A DNA stretch of 64,000 bases from Patescibacteria group bacterium (GTDB lineage Bacteria; Patescibacteriota; Microgenomatia; UBA10105; UBA927). Of the stretch, positions 34,685 through 43,367 are shown in pieces. The notes beneath the pieces were generated by a model. That model was not told the DNA's origin, did no database searches, and saw only the letters and a list, made by a program, of their open reading frames with translations. Location: assembly GCA_023379025.1 (NCBI GenBank), contig JAMCTH010000004.1, forward strand, positions 19,740 to 83,739. Direction: 5' to 3'. The stretch's first letter is position 1. Every line of letters starts with the position of its first letter. Position numbers and translations under genes: made by a program.

Positions 34685-35590
34685 TTATACCCTGAGGTTT
34701 TTGAGGAAACTCCGAAACTCGCCGTTCAAGTCTTTGTGTTCGAGGGCAAACTCGACGACGGTTTTGAGATACTCGAGCTTGTTGCCGGTATCATAGTATT
34801 TGCCCCCGGCTATCTCGCAGGCAATCATGCGTTTTTTGTCGGCAAGCATAAGCTTCAAGGCGTCGTTGTAGTAGAACTCTTCACCCTCGGAAAGGTTTTC
34901 GAGCGCGCGGTCGAGGTATTCAAAGATATCCGGGGTAAAAAGGTAGCCGCTCACGATCGCCGTATCCGACGGCGCGTTGTTTTTCCCCGGCTTTTCAATG
35001 ACGGTCCTGACGTCGATAAGGCCGTTCCTGATGGTTTTGCCTCCGGCAAACCCGTAGCGGGCGTAATCTTCGTCTTTGGTCGCTTTGATGCCGGCAAGGA
35101 TCGAGCAGCCGAATTCGTTATAAAGGTCGATAAGCTGCCGGAAGCGGCTCTTGGGCCGGGCCGCGATAAAATCGTCGCTGAAGGCGTAAATGAACGGCTC
35201 CTCGCCGATAAGTTCCCGGGTATTGAGAAGCGGCGTACCGTTCCCGTACGGCCCTTTCTGCCGGACGTAGATAAAGTTTGCAAGCTCGGAAATCTTCTCT
35301 ATCTCCTCAAGGAGCGGCAATTTTTTAGGGCCGCCCATCCTGAGGTTTTCGATAAGCTCCATGCTCGGGCGGTCGAAGTGGTCCTCGATCGTCCGCTTGT
35401 GATAGCCCGTGACGATCACGATGTCCTCTATCCCCGCTTCAACCAGCTCTTCCACGATGTACTGGATGATGGGCTTATCCACAATCGGGAGCATCTCCTT
35501 GGGCATGGCCTTGGTCTGCGGAAGGAACCGCGTCCCGAAACCAGCCGCCGGAATGACTGCTTTACGGATTTTCTTCGAAGATGGTTTCAT
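34685..35590 (-). CDS. galU: UTP--glucose-1-phosphate uridylyltransferase
   Basis: KAVIPAAGFGTRFLPQTKAMPKEMLPIVDKPIIQY is the canonical GalU N-terminus. Start placed at the internal Met MKPSSKK. Confidence 0.85.
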   Translation of the reverse strand: MKPSSKKIRKAVIPAAGFGTRFLPQTKAMPKEMLPIVDKPIIQYIVEELVEAGIEDIVIVTGYHKRTIEDHFDRPSMELIENLRMGGPKKLPLLEEIEKISELANFIYVRQKGPYGNGTPLLNTRELIGEEPFIYAFSDDFIAARPKSRFRQLIDLYNEFGCSILAGIKATKDEDYARYGFAGGKTIRNGLIDVRTVIEKPGKNNAPSDTAIVSGYLFTPDIFEYLDRALENLSEGEEFYYNDALKLMLADKKRMIACEIAGGKYYDTGNKLEYLKTVVEFALEHKDLNGEFRSFLKNLRV

Positions 35591-36135
35591 AACTCTCGCT
35601 GACACCCTGATACGTTGATACTCTGACACTATCATCACGTATCAATGTGTCAATGATCTTTCGGGTCCCTTGATTGTAGCGGCGGGGAAAAGCCTTTGTC
35701 AATCTCACCCCTTGATTTTTGCCGTCCGCACCGTATAATAAAACCCTTCTGTCCGTTTTTCCCGTGCATGAGCGCTAGGATCTATGCTTCCCTGCGGCTC
35801 CATACGGGCCGGAAACGGATGCACATTTACAGGGCAAAACGAACAAACGAGAAGGCAATACAAGCTTGTGAGGTGACGCGGGAGGCGAACTTTTTCGAGC
35901 ACCGTCATGCGCCGGGACTGGACGCGGGTCCTGTCTCGGTTTTTCCCCCAAGAAAACCCACAAGGGGACCCCTTCTTGGGGGTCCCCCGAACCGAGCCAC
36001 CCGCCAGGAAGCGCCTGACGGATGCGCAAAAAAAGTTTGCCGACCAAAGCGGCGCCGATGCGTTGCCGGGAGTGAAAACGGCAAGGATATGAACTGATCA
36101 CAAACAGTGGTCGGCTGATCTCTTTGCCGTCACAT

Positions 36136-36209
36136 TCCTCGGTAGCTCAATTGGATAGAGCAGGGGGCTGTTAACCCCTATGTTCCAGGTTCGAATCCTG
36201 GCCGAGGAG
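36136..36209 (+). tRNA. tRNA-Asn (GTT)
   Basis: Manual fold: acceptor TCCTCGG/CCGAGGA, D-arm GCTC...GAGC, anticodon stem GGGGG/CCCCT with loop CTGTTAA, T-arm CCAGG-TTCGAAT-CCTGG. Confidence 0.7.
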
Positions 36210-36283
36210 TAGTTCGACTGCCTCCGGTAACCCCAACAAAATAACCCGGCAAGGTATTTATTGGGCGCATCGGAGGCAGGAAT

Positions 36284-36355
36284 GCGGGAGTAGTTCAGCG
36301 GCAGAACGCGCGTCTCCAAGACGCGAGGTCCTGGGTTCGAGTCCCAGCTTCCGCT
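36284..36355 (+). tRNA. tRNA-Trp (CCA)
   Basis: Acceptor GCGGGAG/CTTCCGC, anticodon stem CGCGT/ACGCG with loop CTCCAAG, T-arm CTGGG-TTCGAGT-CCCAG. Canonical position upstream of secE. Confidence 0.7.
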
Positions 36356-36383
36356 TTTTATAGTCGGTTCGTGCTGATCTTTT

Positions 36384-36457
36384 GGGGAGGAAGTTCATAT
36401 GGCTTGAACGCGAGGCTTTCAACCTCGAGCTTGCGGGTTCAAATCCCGTCCTCCCCA
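36384..36457 (+). tRNA. tRNA-Glu (TTC)
   Basis: Acceptor GGGGAGG/CCTCCCC, anticodon stem CGAGG/CCTCG with loop CTTTCAA, T-arm GCGGG-TTCAAAT-CCCGT. Position 8 is A, which is atypical. Confidence 0.6.
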
Positions 36458-36463
36458 TTTCGT

Positions 36464-36535
36464 GCCCCCGTAGCTCAGGTGGCAGAGCACCTGCTTCTAA
36501 GCAGAAGATCGCGAGTCCGAGTCTCGCCGGCGGCG
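36464..36535 (+). tRNA. tRNA-like, Arg(TCT)-like, with an atypical anticodon arm
   Basis: D-arm TAGCTCAGGTGGCAGAGC is canonical. T-arm GCGAG-TCCGAGT-CTCGC. The anticodon region CCTGC-TTCTAA-GCAGA has only a 6-nt loop. Acceptor has one C:C mismatch. Confidence 0.4.
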
Positions 36536-36651
36536 TTCGAGGAGGTGGGTCGCAGAAACGAGTAGCCCGTAGCTTAACGAGCTTCCTAGGAGCTTACTCG
36601 CTTCTCACTCGCCTCCTCGATAATTTCGTTTGTTCGCTTGTGGTCGTACGT

Positions 36652-36725
36652 CGGGGTGTAGCGCAGCCTGGCAGCGCGGTCCGCTTGGTACGGACAGGTC
36701 GTAGGTTCAAATCCTACCGCCCCGA
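36652..36725 (+). tRNA. tRNA-Pro (TGG)-like
   Basis: Acceptor CGGGGTG/CGCCCCG, anticodon stem GTCCG/CGGAC with loop CTTGGTA (position 37 = T, atypical), T-arm GTAGG-TTCAAAT-CCTAC. Confidence 0.5.
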
Positions 36726-36729
36726 CCTC

Positions 36730-36786
36730 GCAGGAGGTGCGATGATTCAGTCAGGGTCTTTCTGACTTCATTGTTCACCTCCTGCG
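36730..36786 (+). other. Long imperfect hairpin downstream of the tRNA cluster
   Basis: CGCAGGAGGTG ... CACCTCCTGCG is an 11-bp outer stem with a nested GTCAG/CTGAC stem. No T-tract follows. Confidence 0.4.
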
Positions 36787-36793
36787 ACCACAT

Positions 36794-36863
36794 CGGTGGG
36801 TTTTACGGAACAAAAAAGGGGGCTTTTGCTCATCTTCTTCTCCCTTTTCCCGTAAAACCCACC
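36794..36863 (+). other. Hairpin with 15-bp stem upstream of secE
   Basis: CGGTGGGTTTTACGG ... CCGTAAAACCCACCG flanks a 41-nt loop. Confidence 0.4.
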
Positions 36864-37015
36864 GCCCAGCACTTTATGAAAAGGTTGTGTTGATCTGGGA
36901 CCTCCGGAAATTGACCCCCACTCGCTTCTTTACTTTCCCCCGCCATTTCTGCTATGATGCCCATATCAACCCCTGGGAGGGGGTTTTTGGAAGGGAAAAA
37001 GAGTACAATACCCGT

Positions 37016-37231
37016 ATGGACACCCGAGTAGCCGGAACATCGCCATCCGTCCCGCCGGTCCAATTCATGCGGGAAGTCGTGTCAGAACTCAAAAAAGTCA
37101 CCTGGCCGACCCGTGATGAGACCGTCAAGCTGACAGTCGTCGTCATCGCCATTTCGGCAATCGTCGGGCTTTTTATCGGCGGACTCGACATCGTCATGGT
37201 CAAGCTGACCGGAATAGTGTTTAAGAAATAA
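37016..37231 (+). CDS. secE: Preprotein translocase subunit SecE
   Basis: FMREVVSELKKVTWPTRDETVKLTVVVIAISAIVGLFIGGLDIVM is typical of SecE. Start set at MDTRVAG; the ORF extends to 36887. Confidence 0.8.
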   Translation: MDTRVAGTSPSVPPVQFMREVVSELKKVTWPTRDETVKLTVVVIAISAIVGLFIGGLDIVMVKLTGIVFKK

Positions 37232-37237
37232 CGCCCT

Positions 37238-37894
37238 ATGGCCGATACCGATCAAACCACGCCAACGCCTTCTCCGGAAACGAAATCCGGGGCGCCTCCC
37301 GCGGCCCCGAAGGCGGAAGGACCGGCTCCCGCCGCTTCTCCCCAAACGCACACGGCGGCTTCCGATGTCCCCGGCTCCAAGTGGTACGTGGTCCACACGT
37401 ACTCCGGGCATGAGAACAAAGTAGCGACGAACCTGCGCCAGCGCATCGAAACGATGAAGCTCGAGGGGCAGATTTTTGATATCGTCGTCCCGACCAGGAA
37501 CATCGTCACGGTCCGTCACGGCAAAAAAGAAGAGCTCAAGGAAAAGATTTTCCCGGGATACATCCTCGTCAAGATGATCTTAAACGACCAGACCTGGCTT
37601 GCGGTCCGGACGACCCAGGGAGTGACGGCCTTCGTCGGGGCGGGCAATAAGCCGACTCCGATTTCCGAAAAAGAAGTCGCGACGATTCTCAAGTTCATGG
37701 CCCTTGAGGCTCCGAAGTACAAGGCGACCTTCACGGTCGGTGAGGCGGTCAAGATCGTGGACGGACCGTTTGCGGACTTTCTCGGGACTATCGATAACAT
37801 CGACGAAACCAAAGGCAAGGTCAAAGTCCTCGTTTCGATCTTCGGACGGGAAACGCCGGTTGAGCTCGATTTCCTGCAGGTCAGTAAATTATAA
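37238..37894 (+). CDS. nusG: Transcription termination/antitermination factor NusG
   Basis: KWYVVHTYSGHENKV (NGN domain) and a C-terminal KOW (GEAVKIVDGPFADFLGTI). N-terminal Pro/Ala-rich extension. Confidence 0.9.
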   Translation: MADTDQTTPTPSPETKSGAPPAAPKAEGPAPAASPQTHTAASDVPGSKWYVVHTYSGHENKVATNLRQRIETMKLEGQIFDIVVPTRNIVTVRHGKKEELKEKIFPGYILVKMILNDQTWLAVRTTQGVTAFVGAGNKPTPISEKEVATILKFMALEAPKYKATFTVGEAVKIVDGPFADFLGTIDNIDETKGKVKVLVSIFGRETPVELDFLQVSKL

Positions 37895-37906
37895 TCAACC
37901 ATCCGT

Positions 37907-38335
37907 ATGGCAGCCAAAAAAGTCAAAACCATCATCAAACTCAATCTTCCGGCAGGAGAAGCGACCCCCGCGCCACCGGTCGGACCGGCTCTCGGCCAGC
38001 ACGGACTCCCGATCATGGAATTCGTGAAGACGTATAACGCCAGGACGGAAAAAATGAAAGGCCAGACGATCCCGGCCGTCATCACGGTTTACGAAGACCG
38101 GACGTTTTCGTTTATCACCAAGCTTCCGCCGGTAGCCGCACTCATAAAAAAGGCGCTCGCCATCACGAAAGGAAGCGGAAAAGCCGGACGGGAATCGGCA
38201 GGGACGCTTACGAAAGAGCAGACCGAAGCAATTGCCAAAGAAAAGCTCGCGGATCTTAATACCGATGATGTTGCGGCCGGCGCCAAAATCGTAGCCGGCA
38301 CGGCACGGAGCATGGGGATTGACGTGGAAGGGTAA
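37907..38335 (+). CDS. rplK: 50S ribosomal protein L11
   Basis: [33 protein letters not shown] is canonical L11. Confidence 0.95.
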   Translation: MAAKKVKTIIKLNLPAGEATPAPPVGPALGQHGLPIMEFVKTYNARTEKMKGQTIPAVITVYEDRTFSFITKLPPVAALIKKALAITKGSGKAGRESAGTLTKEQTEAIAKEKLADLNTDDVAAGAKIVAGTARSMGIDVEG

Positions 38336-38339
38336 TCAT

Positions 38340-39194
38340 ATGGGAAAAATCAGAGTCGCAAAATTAGGGGACGCGGAAGAAACCGAGCTCAAACGCCGGG
38401 CGGATGCACGCCGCCAGACCAAAAAGTCCAAAAAAGCCAAAGTAGAAGGCGTAGGTCTCCACGGCGGAGAGCGCGTTTCGGTGGTAGAGGGGACGGATAT
38501 AAAGCCGGAATTCAAAAAACTCGCCGAAGAAGTGGAAGAAGGTGCCGGAGAGAAAACGGAAAAGGCGAAAAAAAAGAAAACCTCCAAAACAAAAGTCCGG
38601 TCCAAACGCTACCGGGAAGCACTGCACCGCATTGACCGGACCAAGCTCTATGAGATGAGCGATGCGGTCGCGCTCGTCAAGGAAACCAGTCTCACGAAAT
38701 TTGACGGCACCGTAGAGCTTCATGTAAATCTCAATACGGGAACTATCGGCGAGAAAAAAGATTTCCGCGGATCCGTCCGGCTGCCCCACGCTACCGGCAA
38801 AACCGTACGCGTTGCCATAGCCGATGACGCCATCCTCGAAAAAATTCAGGCCGGAAAACTCGAGTTTGACGTTCTCGTCGCCCACCCATCCATGATGCCG
38901 AAGCTTGCGAGAGTCGCCAAAATTCTGGGCCCCCGGGGCCTCATGCCCAACCCCAAAAACGGCACGGTATCGCCTGACCCGGAAAAACGCGCCAAGGAAC
39001 TGTCTGCCGGCGAGGTCAATTTCAAATCAGAGCCCGGCCAGCCGATCCTGCACCTGACCGTCGGGAAAGTCTCGGCAAAAGATACGGAACTTCTTGAAAA
39101 TATCGCGGCGTACCTTGATGCCATCGGACGCAGTAAAATCCTCCGCGCCACCCTCTCGGCCACCATGGGACCGGGCATCCGGCTCCGGCTCTGA
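38340..39194 (+). CDS. rplA: 50S ribosomal protein L1 with a ~85-95-aa Lys/Glu-rich N-terminal extension
   Basis: The L1 core begins around SKRYREALHRIDRTKLYEMSDAVALVKET. Preceding it is a K/E-rich segment (KKSKKAKVEG...KAKKKKTSKTKV) that L1 usually lacks. Confidence 0.85.
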   Translation: MGKIRVAKLGDAEETELKRRADARRQTKKSKKAKVEGVGLHGGERVSVVEGTDIKPEFKKLAEEVEEGAGEKTEKAKKKKTSKTKVRSKRYREALHRIDRTKLYEMSDAVALVKETSLTKFDGTVELHVNLNTGTIGEKKDFRGSVRLPHATGKTVRVAIADDAILEKIQAGKLEFDVLVAHPSMMPKLARVAKILGPRGLMPNPKNGTVSPDPEKRAKELSAGEVNFKSEPGQPILHLTVGKVSAKDTELLENIAAYLDAIGRSKILRATLSATMGPGIRLRL

Positions 39195-39336
39195 GCAACC
39201 GAGTAATCAACCCGGCGGGTTTTTTACGTTTAAACCTTTGGGATATCTGCACGGAAACGAGGCGGCACCCCGTCAGGAATCCGGTAGGGCTCCCGTGACA
39301 GATACCGGTTCCCCGATCTCTGCTATACTATGGCCC

Positions 39337-40155
39337 ATGTTGTGGACAGAATTGGATTCAGCACAGGAAATACCGCTGTACGGAGAGGTCAGCGAATTTG
39401 CCGCCACTCTTGAAGAGCGGTCTTTGCCAATCCGGCACGAAAGAGCGATCGCATTCGGCAACTGGGCCGCAGTTCAGGGAGACTATCCGGAGGGAGCTCT
39501 TATCCGGCTCGCACAGGGCCTTACCTACATCAAGAGAGTCCAGACGGAGGAAGCATTTCGTGTTCTAAGCGCACGTTTTACAGAAGACTTTTCTGGGAAT
39601 CTGACGTACTCGCAACTGTTTTATCCGGGCGGAGAGAGCGAACACTGGATGTATGAAGCACTTCTCCAACAAACTTCCATAGGGCAAGCCGATTGCCGCG
39701 TCGCCATCTCTGAAGCAAAGCGGCTCCCCATGAGTATGGCCCAAGAACTCAACCTCGTCCTTTTTGACACGTGGGTAGTAAGCGGAAGGAAGCTCAACAA
39801 GTTATTTGACCAACTCAACGTACCATTCCGGATCTATATATTGTTTCTCAATACCAGCGCCGGTATCACGGTGTCGGAGCGGACGCCGTTTTTTGCAGCA
39901 GACACATTTTCTGCTCCTATGGCCCGCGAAGTTATTGGCACAGACGATCTTCTCTTCTGGAATACGTTAGGAATGGAAAATAAAGCCGATATAGAATTCG
40001 CGTACAACGCAAACGTCGTAGACTTCTTCGCCCCGCTTCAGGCAGCGCATCCTATTGACCACCTCGTTTGGTCTGACTGGCGTGTACCGGACAATATGCC
40101 TGCTGTCGTCCTCTACCTCCTTGATCGGCCCGCACGACAATATCCTCACCAATGA
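39337..40155 (+). CDS. Hypothetical protein inserted between rplA and rplJ
   Basis: Long ORF. The start was chosen to avoid overlap with rplA. No recognisable motif. Confidence 0.4.
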   Translation: MLWTELDSAQEIPLYGEVSEFAATLEERSLPIRHERAIAFGNWAAVQGDYPEGALIRLAQGLTYIKRVQTEEAFRVLSARFTEDFSGNLTYSQLFYPGGESEHWMYEALLQQTSIGQADCRVAISEAKRLPMSMAQELNLVLFDTWVVSGRKLNKLFDQLNVPFRIYILFLNTSAGITVSERTPFFAADTFSAPMAREVIGTDDLLFWNTLGMENKADIEFAYNANVVDFFAPLQAAHPIDHLVWSDWRVPDNMPAVVLYLLDRPARQYPHQ

Positions 40156-40236
40156 GAGAAGAGTAAAATTTTATACGAGACTTAGGGAATCGGACCGGGA
40201 ATAAAGACCGGCGAGATAATAGAAATAGAGCTTTAT

Positions 40237-40857
40237 TTAGGTCTTGATACTACGTATTGAGGATAATCTGACTACATCTCCGAAATACCGGTCGATCGTA
40301 AAAAGCGATGATTCCTGCTCGCGCCGGGTATTGGTTGCGACGCATTCGCGGGGGACGATGACACGGTATCCCTTGTGGTAGGCTGTCCGCACCGTCGACT
40401 CCACGCACCCGTTCGTCTTGACGCCGGAGACGATAAGCGTCGTTATCCCCTTTTCTTTGAGAATCGTTTCAAGTGTGGTGCATTCAAACGCATCATAACT
40501 ATGTTTAATGACAACCGTATCGCCTTTGTCGGGTACGATATCACAGAACTCGCTGCCTTTACTTCCTTCCCTGCAACACAAATGTTGCTCGCTCAGTTCC
40601 TTTTTCTCAAACATGTGCCGACCCGCTGCATTTCTATACCGCAGGCCGTCGATAAACCGGATGAATATGACGGGAAGAGTGTTTTCCCGAGCAAAGACAA
40701 TGAGCCTCCGGATAGGACCGATGACGCGGCGCATGCGGGCTACATCCTGCCCCGCTTTCCCGAGGACACCCGAGGGATCCAGAAAATCCCGCTGGAGGTC
40801 TATGAGGATAAGCGCGGTGGTCCGCGGATCTAGCCGGTGTACCCCGGTTTGTGCCAT
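40237..40857 (-). CDS. Isochorismatase-family (cysteine) hydrolase
   Basis: ALILIDLQRDF...LIVSGVKTNGCVESTVRTAYHKGYRVIV is the isochorismatase-like fold with a catalytic Cys. Confidence 0.75.
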   Translation of the reverse strand: MAQTGVHRLDPRTTALILIDLQRDFLDPSGVLGKAGQDVARMRRVIGPIRRLIVFARENTLPVIFIRFIDGLRYRNAAGRHMFEKKELSEQHLCCREGSKGSEFCDIVPDKGDTVVIKHSYDAFECTTLETILKEKGITTLIVSGVKTNGCVESTVRTAYHKGYRVIVPRECVATNTRREQESSLFTIDRYFGDVVRLSSIRSIKT

Positions 40858-40979
40858 ATAGGGAAAGTATAGCAGACATCGCAAAAAGAACGGTTCGTAC
40901 GCGCTTCGGGTGCGGTTGACAAACAAAACCCTATTGACTATAACGGTAAAACCCCGAAAGGGCAGACGTCTGTCGCGTA

Positions 40980-41363
40980 TTGATCGTTGGGATTCCTATG
41001 CAGCACCAAACGGAATTTTTGACGGAGGGTATTGAGTTTGAAACCCTTCATATAAATCCGTCAAACACTATTGAAGCGGTAAAAAGAGGCCAGCTCCTCA
41101 TGCTTCTTGGACAGGAGACGTTCATCGTTATCACCGCTCCGGATACGTACCAAACGGCGGCAACATGGCTCGGCGGCCCGGATATGCTGTCGGAAGTAAT
41201 CCAAAATGCCTATGAGATGCTTGCGGCACATCACGGATCGAAGGATGAGATGCAGAATACGCTCATGCCCTTCGGAGTAACCGCAATCCCCTACGGCGAC
41301 ATTCCGCGGGATGTCCTCTTCCGGCTCTTCCCGGAACTGGCCGGCATGGAACGGGATGACTGA
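40980..41363 (+). CDS. Hypothetical protein
   Basis: ORF only. Confidence 0.35.
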   Translation: MIVGIPMQHQTEFLTEGIEFETLHINPSNTIEAVKRGQLLMLLGQETFIVITAPDTYQTAATWLGGPDMLSEVIQNAYEMLAAHHGSKDEMQNTLMPFGVTAIPYGDIPRDVLFRLFPELAGMERDD

Positions 41364-41548
41364 CAGCCGCGGGAGAACCCGGGTGTTGCACGTGCAGAAC
41401 TATTCTGCTAGTATTACCGTTATCCTTAAGACCGTAGGTTGAGCGAAGCGACATAAATCCTACCGAGGGACAAAAAAATCGTCAGTTCGTTCGTTACTTC
41501 GTACATTCGGATAACGAAACACGAAAAGGCGAACTGACTTTTTTTGTA

Positions 41549-41572
41549 CCCCCGCTTATGGCGGGGTTTTTT
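41549..41572 (+). terminator. Rho-independent terminator/attenuator-like hairpin upstream of rplJ
   Basis: CCCCCGC-ttatg-GCGGGG followed by TTTTTT. Confidence 0.45.
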
Positions 41573-41587
41573 ATTTCTCATTAGCAT

Positions 41588-42115
41588 TTGATAATTTTAT
41601 TTATGGCTACCCAGAAGAAAATAGACACCATAACCAGGCTGACCGGCAAAATCGGCCGTGCAAAGGCCATGGTATTCACCGACTACCGCGGTCTCAAGCA
41701 TAAGCAACTTGAGGAACTGCGCCGCACACTCAAAAAAACCGAGGGGGAATTCGTGGTTGCCAAAAACAGGCTGATCATCCGCGCGCTCGGGGAAAAGGGA
41801 GAAGGGGTCAAGCCATCCCTTTCCGATACGACCGCCATCCTGTTTGCGTATGCGGACGAGGTGGCGCCCCTCAAAGCACTCATGAAATTCATGAAAGACG
41901 CGGGACTTGGGAAAACCAAAGCCGGCATCCTGGGAAACGACGTACTCGCCGAGGCAGACGTCACGCGCCTTGCTGCCCTCCCCAGCCGGGAAATGCTCCT
42001 CGGTCAACTGGTCGGACAGCTCAATGCCCCGATCCAGGGGCTCCACTATGCGCTGAGTTGGAATATCAACAAGCTGGTCTGGGCACTCAATAGTATAAAA
42101 AATTCGAAATCCTAA
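41588..42115 (+). CDS. rplJ: 50S ribosomal protein L10
   Basis: L10 family sequence, and canonical position before rplL. Confidence 0.85.
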   Translation: MIILFMATQKKIDTITRLTGKIGRAKAMVFTDYRGLKHKQLEELRRTLKKTEGEFVVAKNRLIIRALGEKGEGVKPSLSDTTAILFAYADEVAPLKALMKFMKDAGLGKTKAGILGNDVLAEADVTRLAALPSREMLLGQLVGQLNAPIQGLHYALSWNINKLVWALNSIKNSKS

Positions 42116-42239
42116 GTACGAAATACGAAATAAATTCAAAATAGTCAATTCGGAATAAAATATTTATTTTTTTGCATTAGAATTTTGAAATTATTTCGGA
42201 TTTATAAATTCGAATTTCCGATGAATTTACTGAAGGGAG

Positions 42240-42638
42240 GTGTATATGGCAAAATTAACCAAAGATGAAATTCTTAAAGCAGTTGAGGACATGTCCGTTC
42301 TTGAGCTTTCCGATCTCGTGAAGGCCCTTGAGGAAAAATTCGGCGTTTCCGCGGCACCGGTCGCGGTTGCGGCAGCAGGTGCGGCAACAGGGGCAGCTGA
42401 CGGCGGAGAACCGAAGGAAGAGCAGACCATCTTCAACGTCGTCCTTGCGGCAACCGGAGACAACAAAATCGGCGTCATCAAGGCGGTCCGTGAGCTCGTC
42501 CCGACCCTGGGACTTCAGGAAGCCAAGGCACTTGCTGAATCCGCGCCCAAAGACGTTCTAACCGGCGTCAATAAAGCCGCGGCAGAGGAAGCCAAGAAAA
42601 AGTTAGAGGCCGCCGGGGCAAAAGTCGAACTCAAGTGA
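42240..42638 (+). CDS. rplL: 50S ribosomal protein L7/L12
   Basis: [32 protein letters not shown] ... Ala-rich hinge ... [26 protein letters not shown]. Confidence 0.95.
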   Translation: MYMAKLTKDEILKAVEDMSVLELSDLVKALEEKFGVSAAPVAVAAAGAATGAADGGEPKEEQTIFNVVLAATGDNKIGVIKAVRELVPTLGLQEAKALAESAPKDVLTGVNKAAAEEAKKKLEAAGAKVELK

Positions 42639-42709
42639 TATTGATTAAGGGTCCGACCCTGAAGCCTATAATTAGGCTCCGGCTGCACTTCATGCTATAC
42701 TTCCCCCAT

Positions 42710-43312
42710 ATGGACTGGCCTGAAACCGAAGAAACGCCGGTCGGAGGCGAGTGTTTTGTGCCTGCCTACCTTTCGCCCGGACAGAATATCCTCGACCAGC
42801 CGCCCTATAGTTGGGTTGAAACTGTTCTGGAGCTGCCGAAGGATTATTTCGTGGACGATACGCACGGGTATACTCTCCTCCTCCGTGCTGTCGCCTACCG
42901 CGAAGCAGAACGTGCCAGAATGCCCGCGTCCGGGTGGTGGAAGCTGAGCGCGCTTACGTATCACATACAGAGCCGTTACCGGTCAACCGTCTCGTTAACG
43001 GCACAACGGACGTATGACTGGCTCGCACGCAATTACCCGGGATCGGCAGAATATCTCTACCTCTATTGGGCATCCCAGGAACAGGACTGGACCGAACGGG
43101 GCGAACCTACCGGCAGAAGAAACGATCCCGTTTTATCCTACGCTGGCTGGGCCGGCCGGCAGCAGGGGCTCCGGGCGGGGCTTCTCGAAGCCGGGATCTA
43201 TGAAACGGCGCCGGACTCATTTTCAACCCCGGATGATATCGCCTCTTCCCTTCCTCCCAAAGGCGAAGTAAACCGCCGGTTCCGCATGCTCCACTCCGGA
43301 GCACTTGATTAA
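42710..43312 (+). CDS. Hypothetical protein, paralog 1 of a tandem pair
   Basis: Shares the blocks EYLP..D.PV.NQPP..W.ET and YL.L.W.SQ with 43368-44012. Confidence 0.45.
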   Translation: MDWPETEETPVGGECFVPAYLSPGQNILDQPPYSWVETVLELPKDYFVDDTHGYTLLLRAVAYREAERARMPASGWWKLSALTYHIQSRYRSTVSLTAQRTYDWLARNYPGSAEYLYLYWASQEQDWTERGEPTGRRNDPVLSYAGWAGRQQGLRAGLLEAGIYETAPDSFSTPDDIASSLPPKGEVNRRFRMLHSGALD

Positions 43313-43367
43313 TTGCAGGGAGGCTCCTTGAAACGTTCACGTTTTAGGCGGAAAATGCTATCATGAC

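Noticed and set aside
34736-35602. 288-aa plus-strand ORF.
   Set aside because: It is antisense to galU, whose product is unmistakable. The ORF's composition is Arg/Pro/Gly-heavy noise.
36098-36765. ORFs overlapping the tRNA cluster (36098-36319 -, 36258-36458 -, 36371-36565 +, 36382-36765 +).
   Set aside because: They coincide with five well-folding tRNA genes. Their translations (for example MGRTGFEPASSRLKAS) are the familiar artefacts of reading tRNA sequence as protein.
39205-39226. Possible terminator after rplA (cccggcgggtttttt).
   Set aside because: The stem is only 3-4 bp. This is too weak to call.
39094-39336. N-terminal 81 codons of the 39094-40155 ORF.
   Set aside because: This stretch overlaps the end of rplA in another frame. 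The gene more plausibly starts at the internal ATG at 39337.
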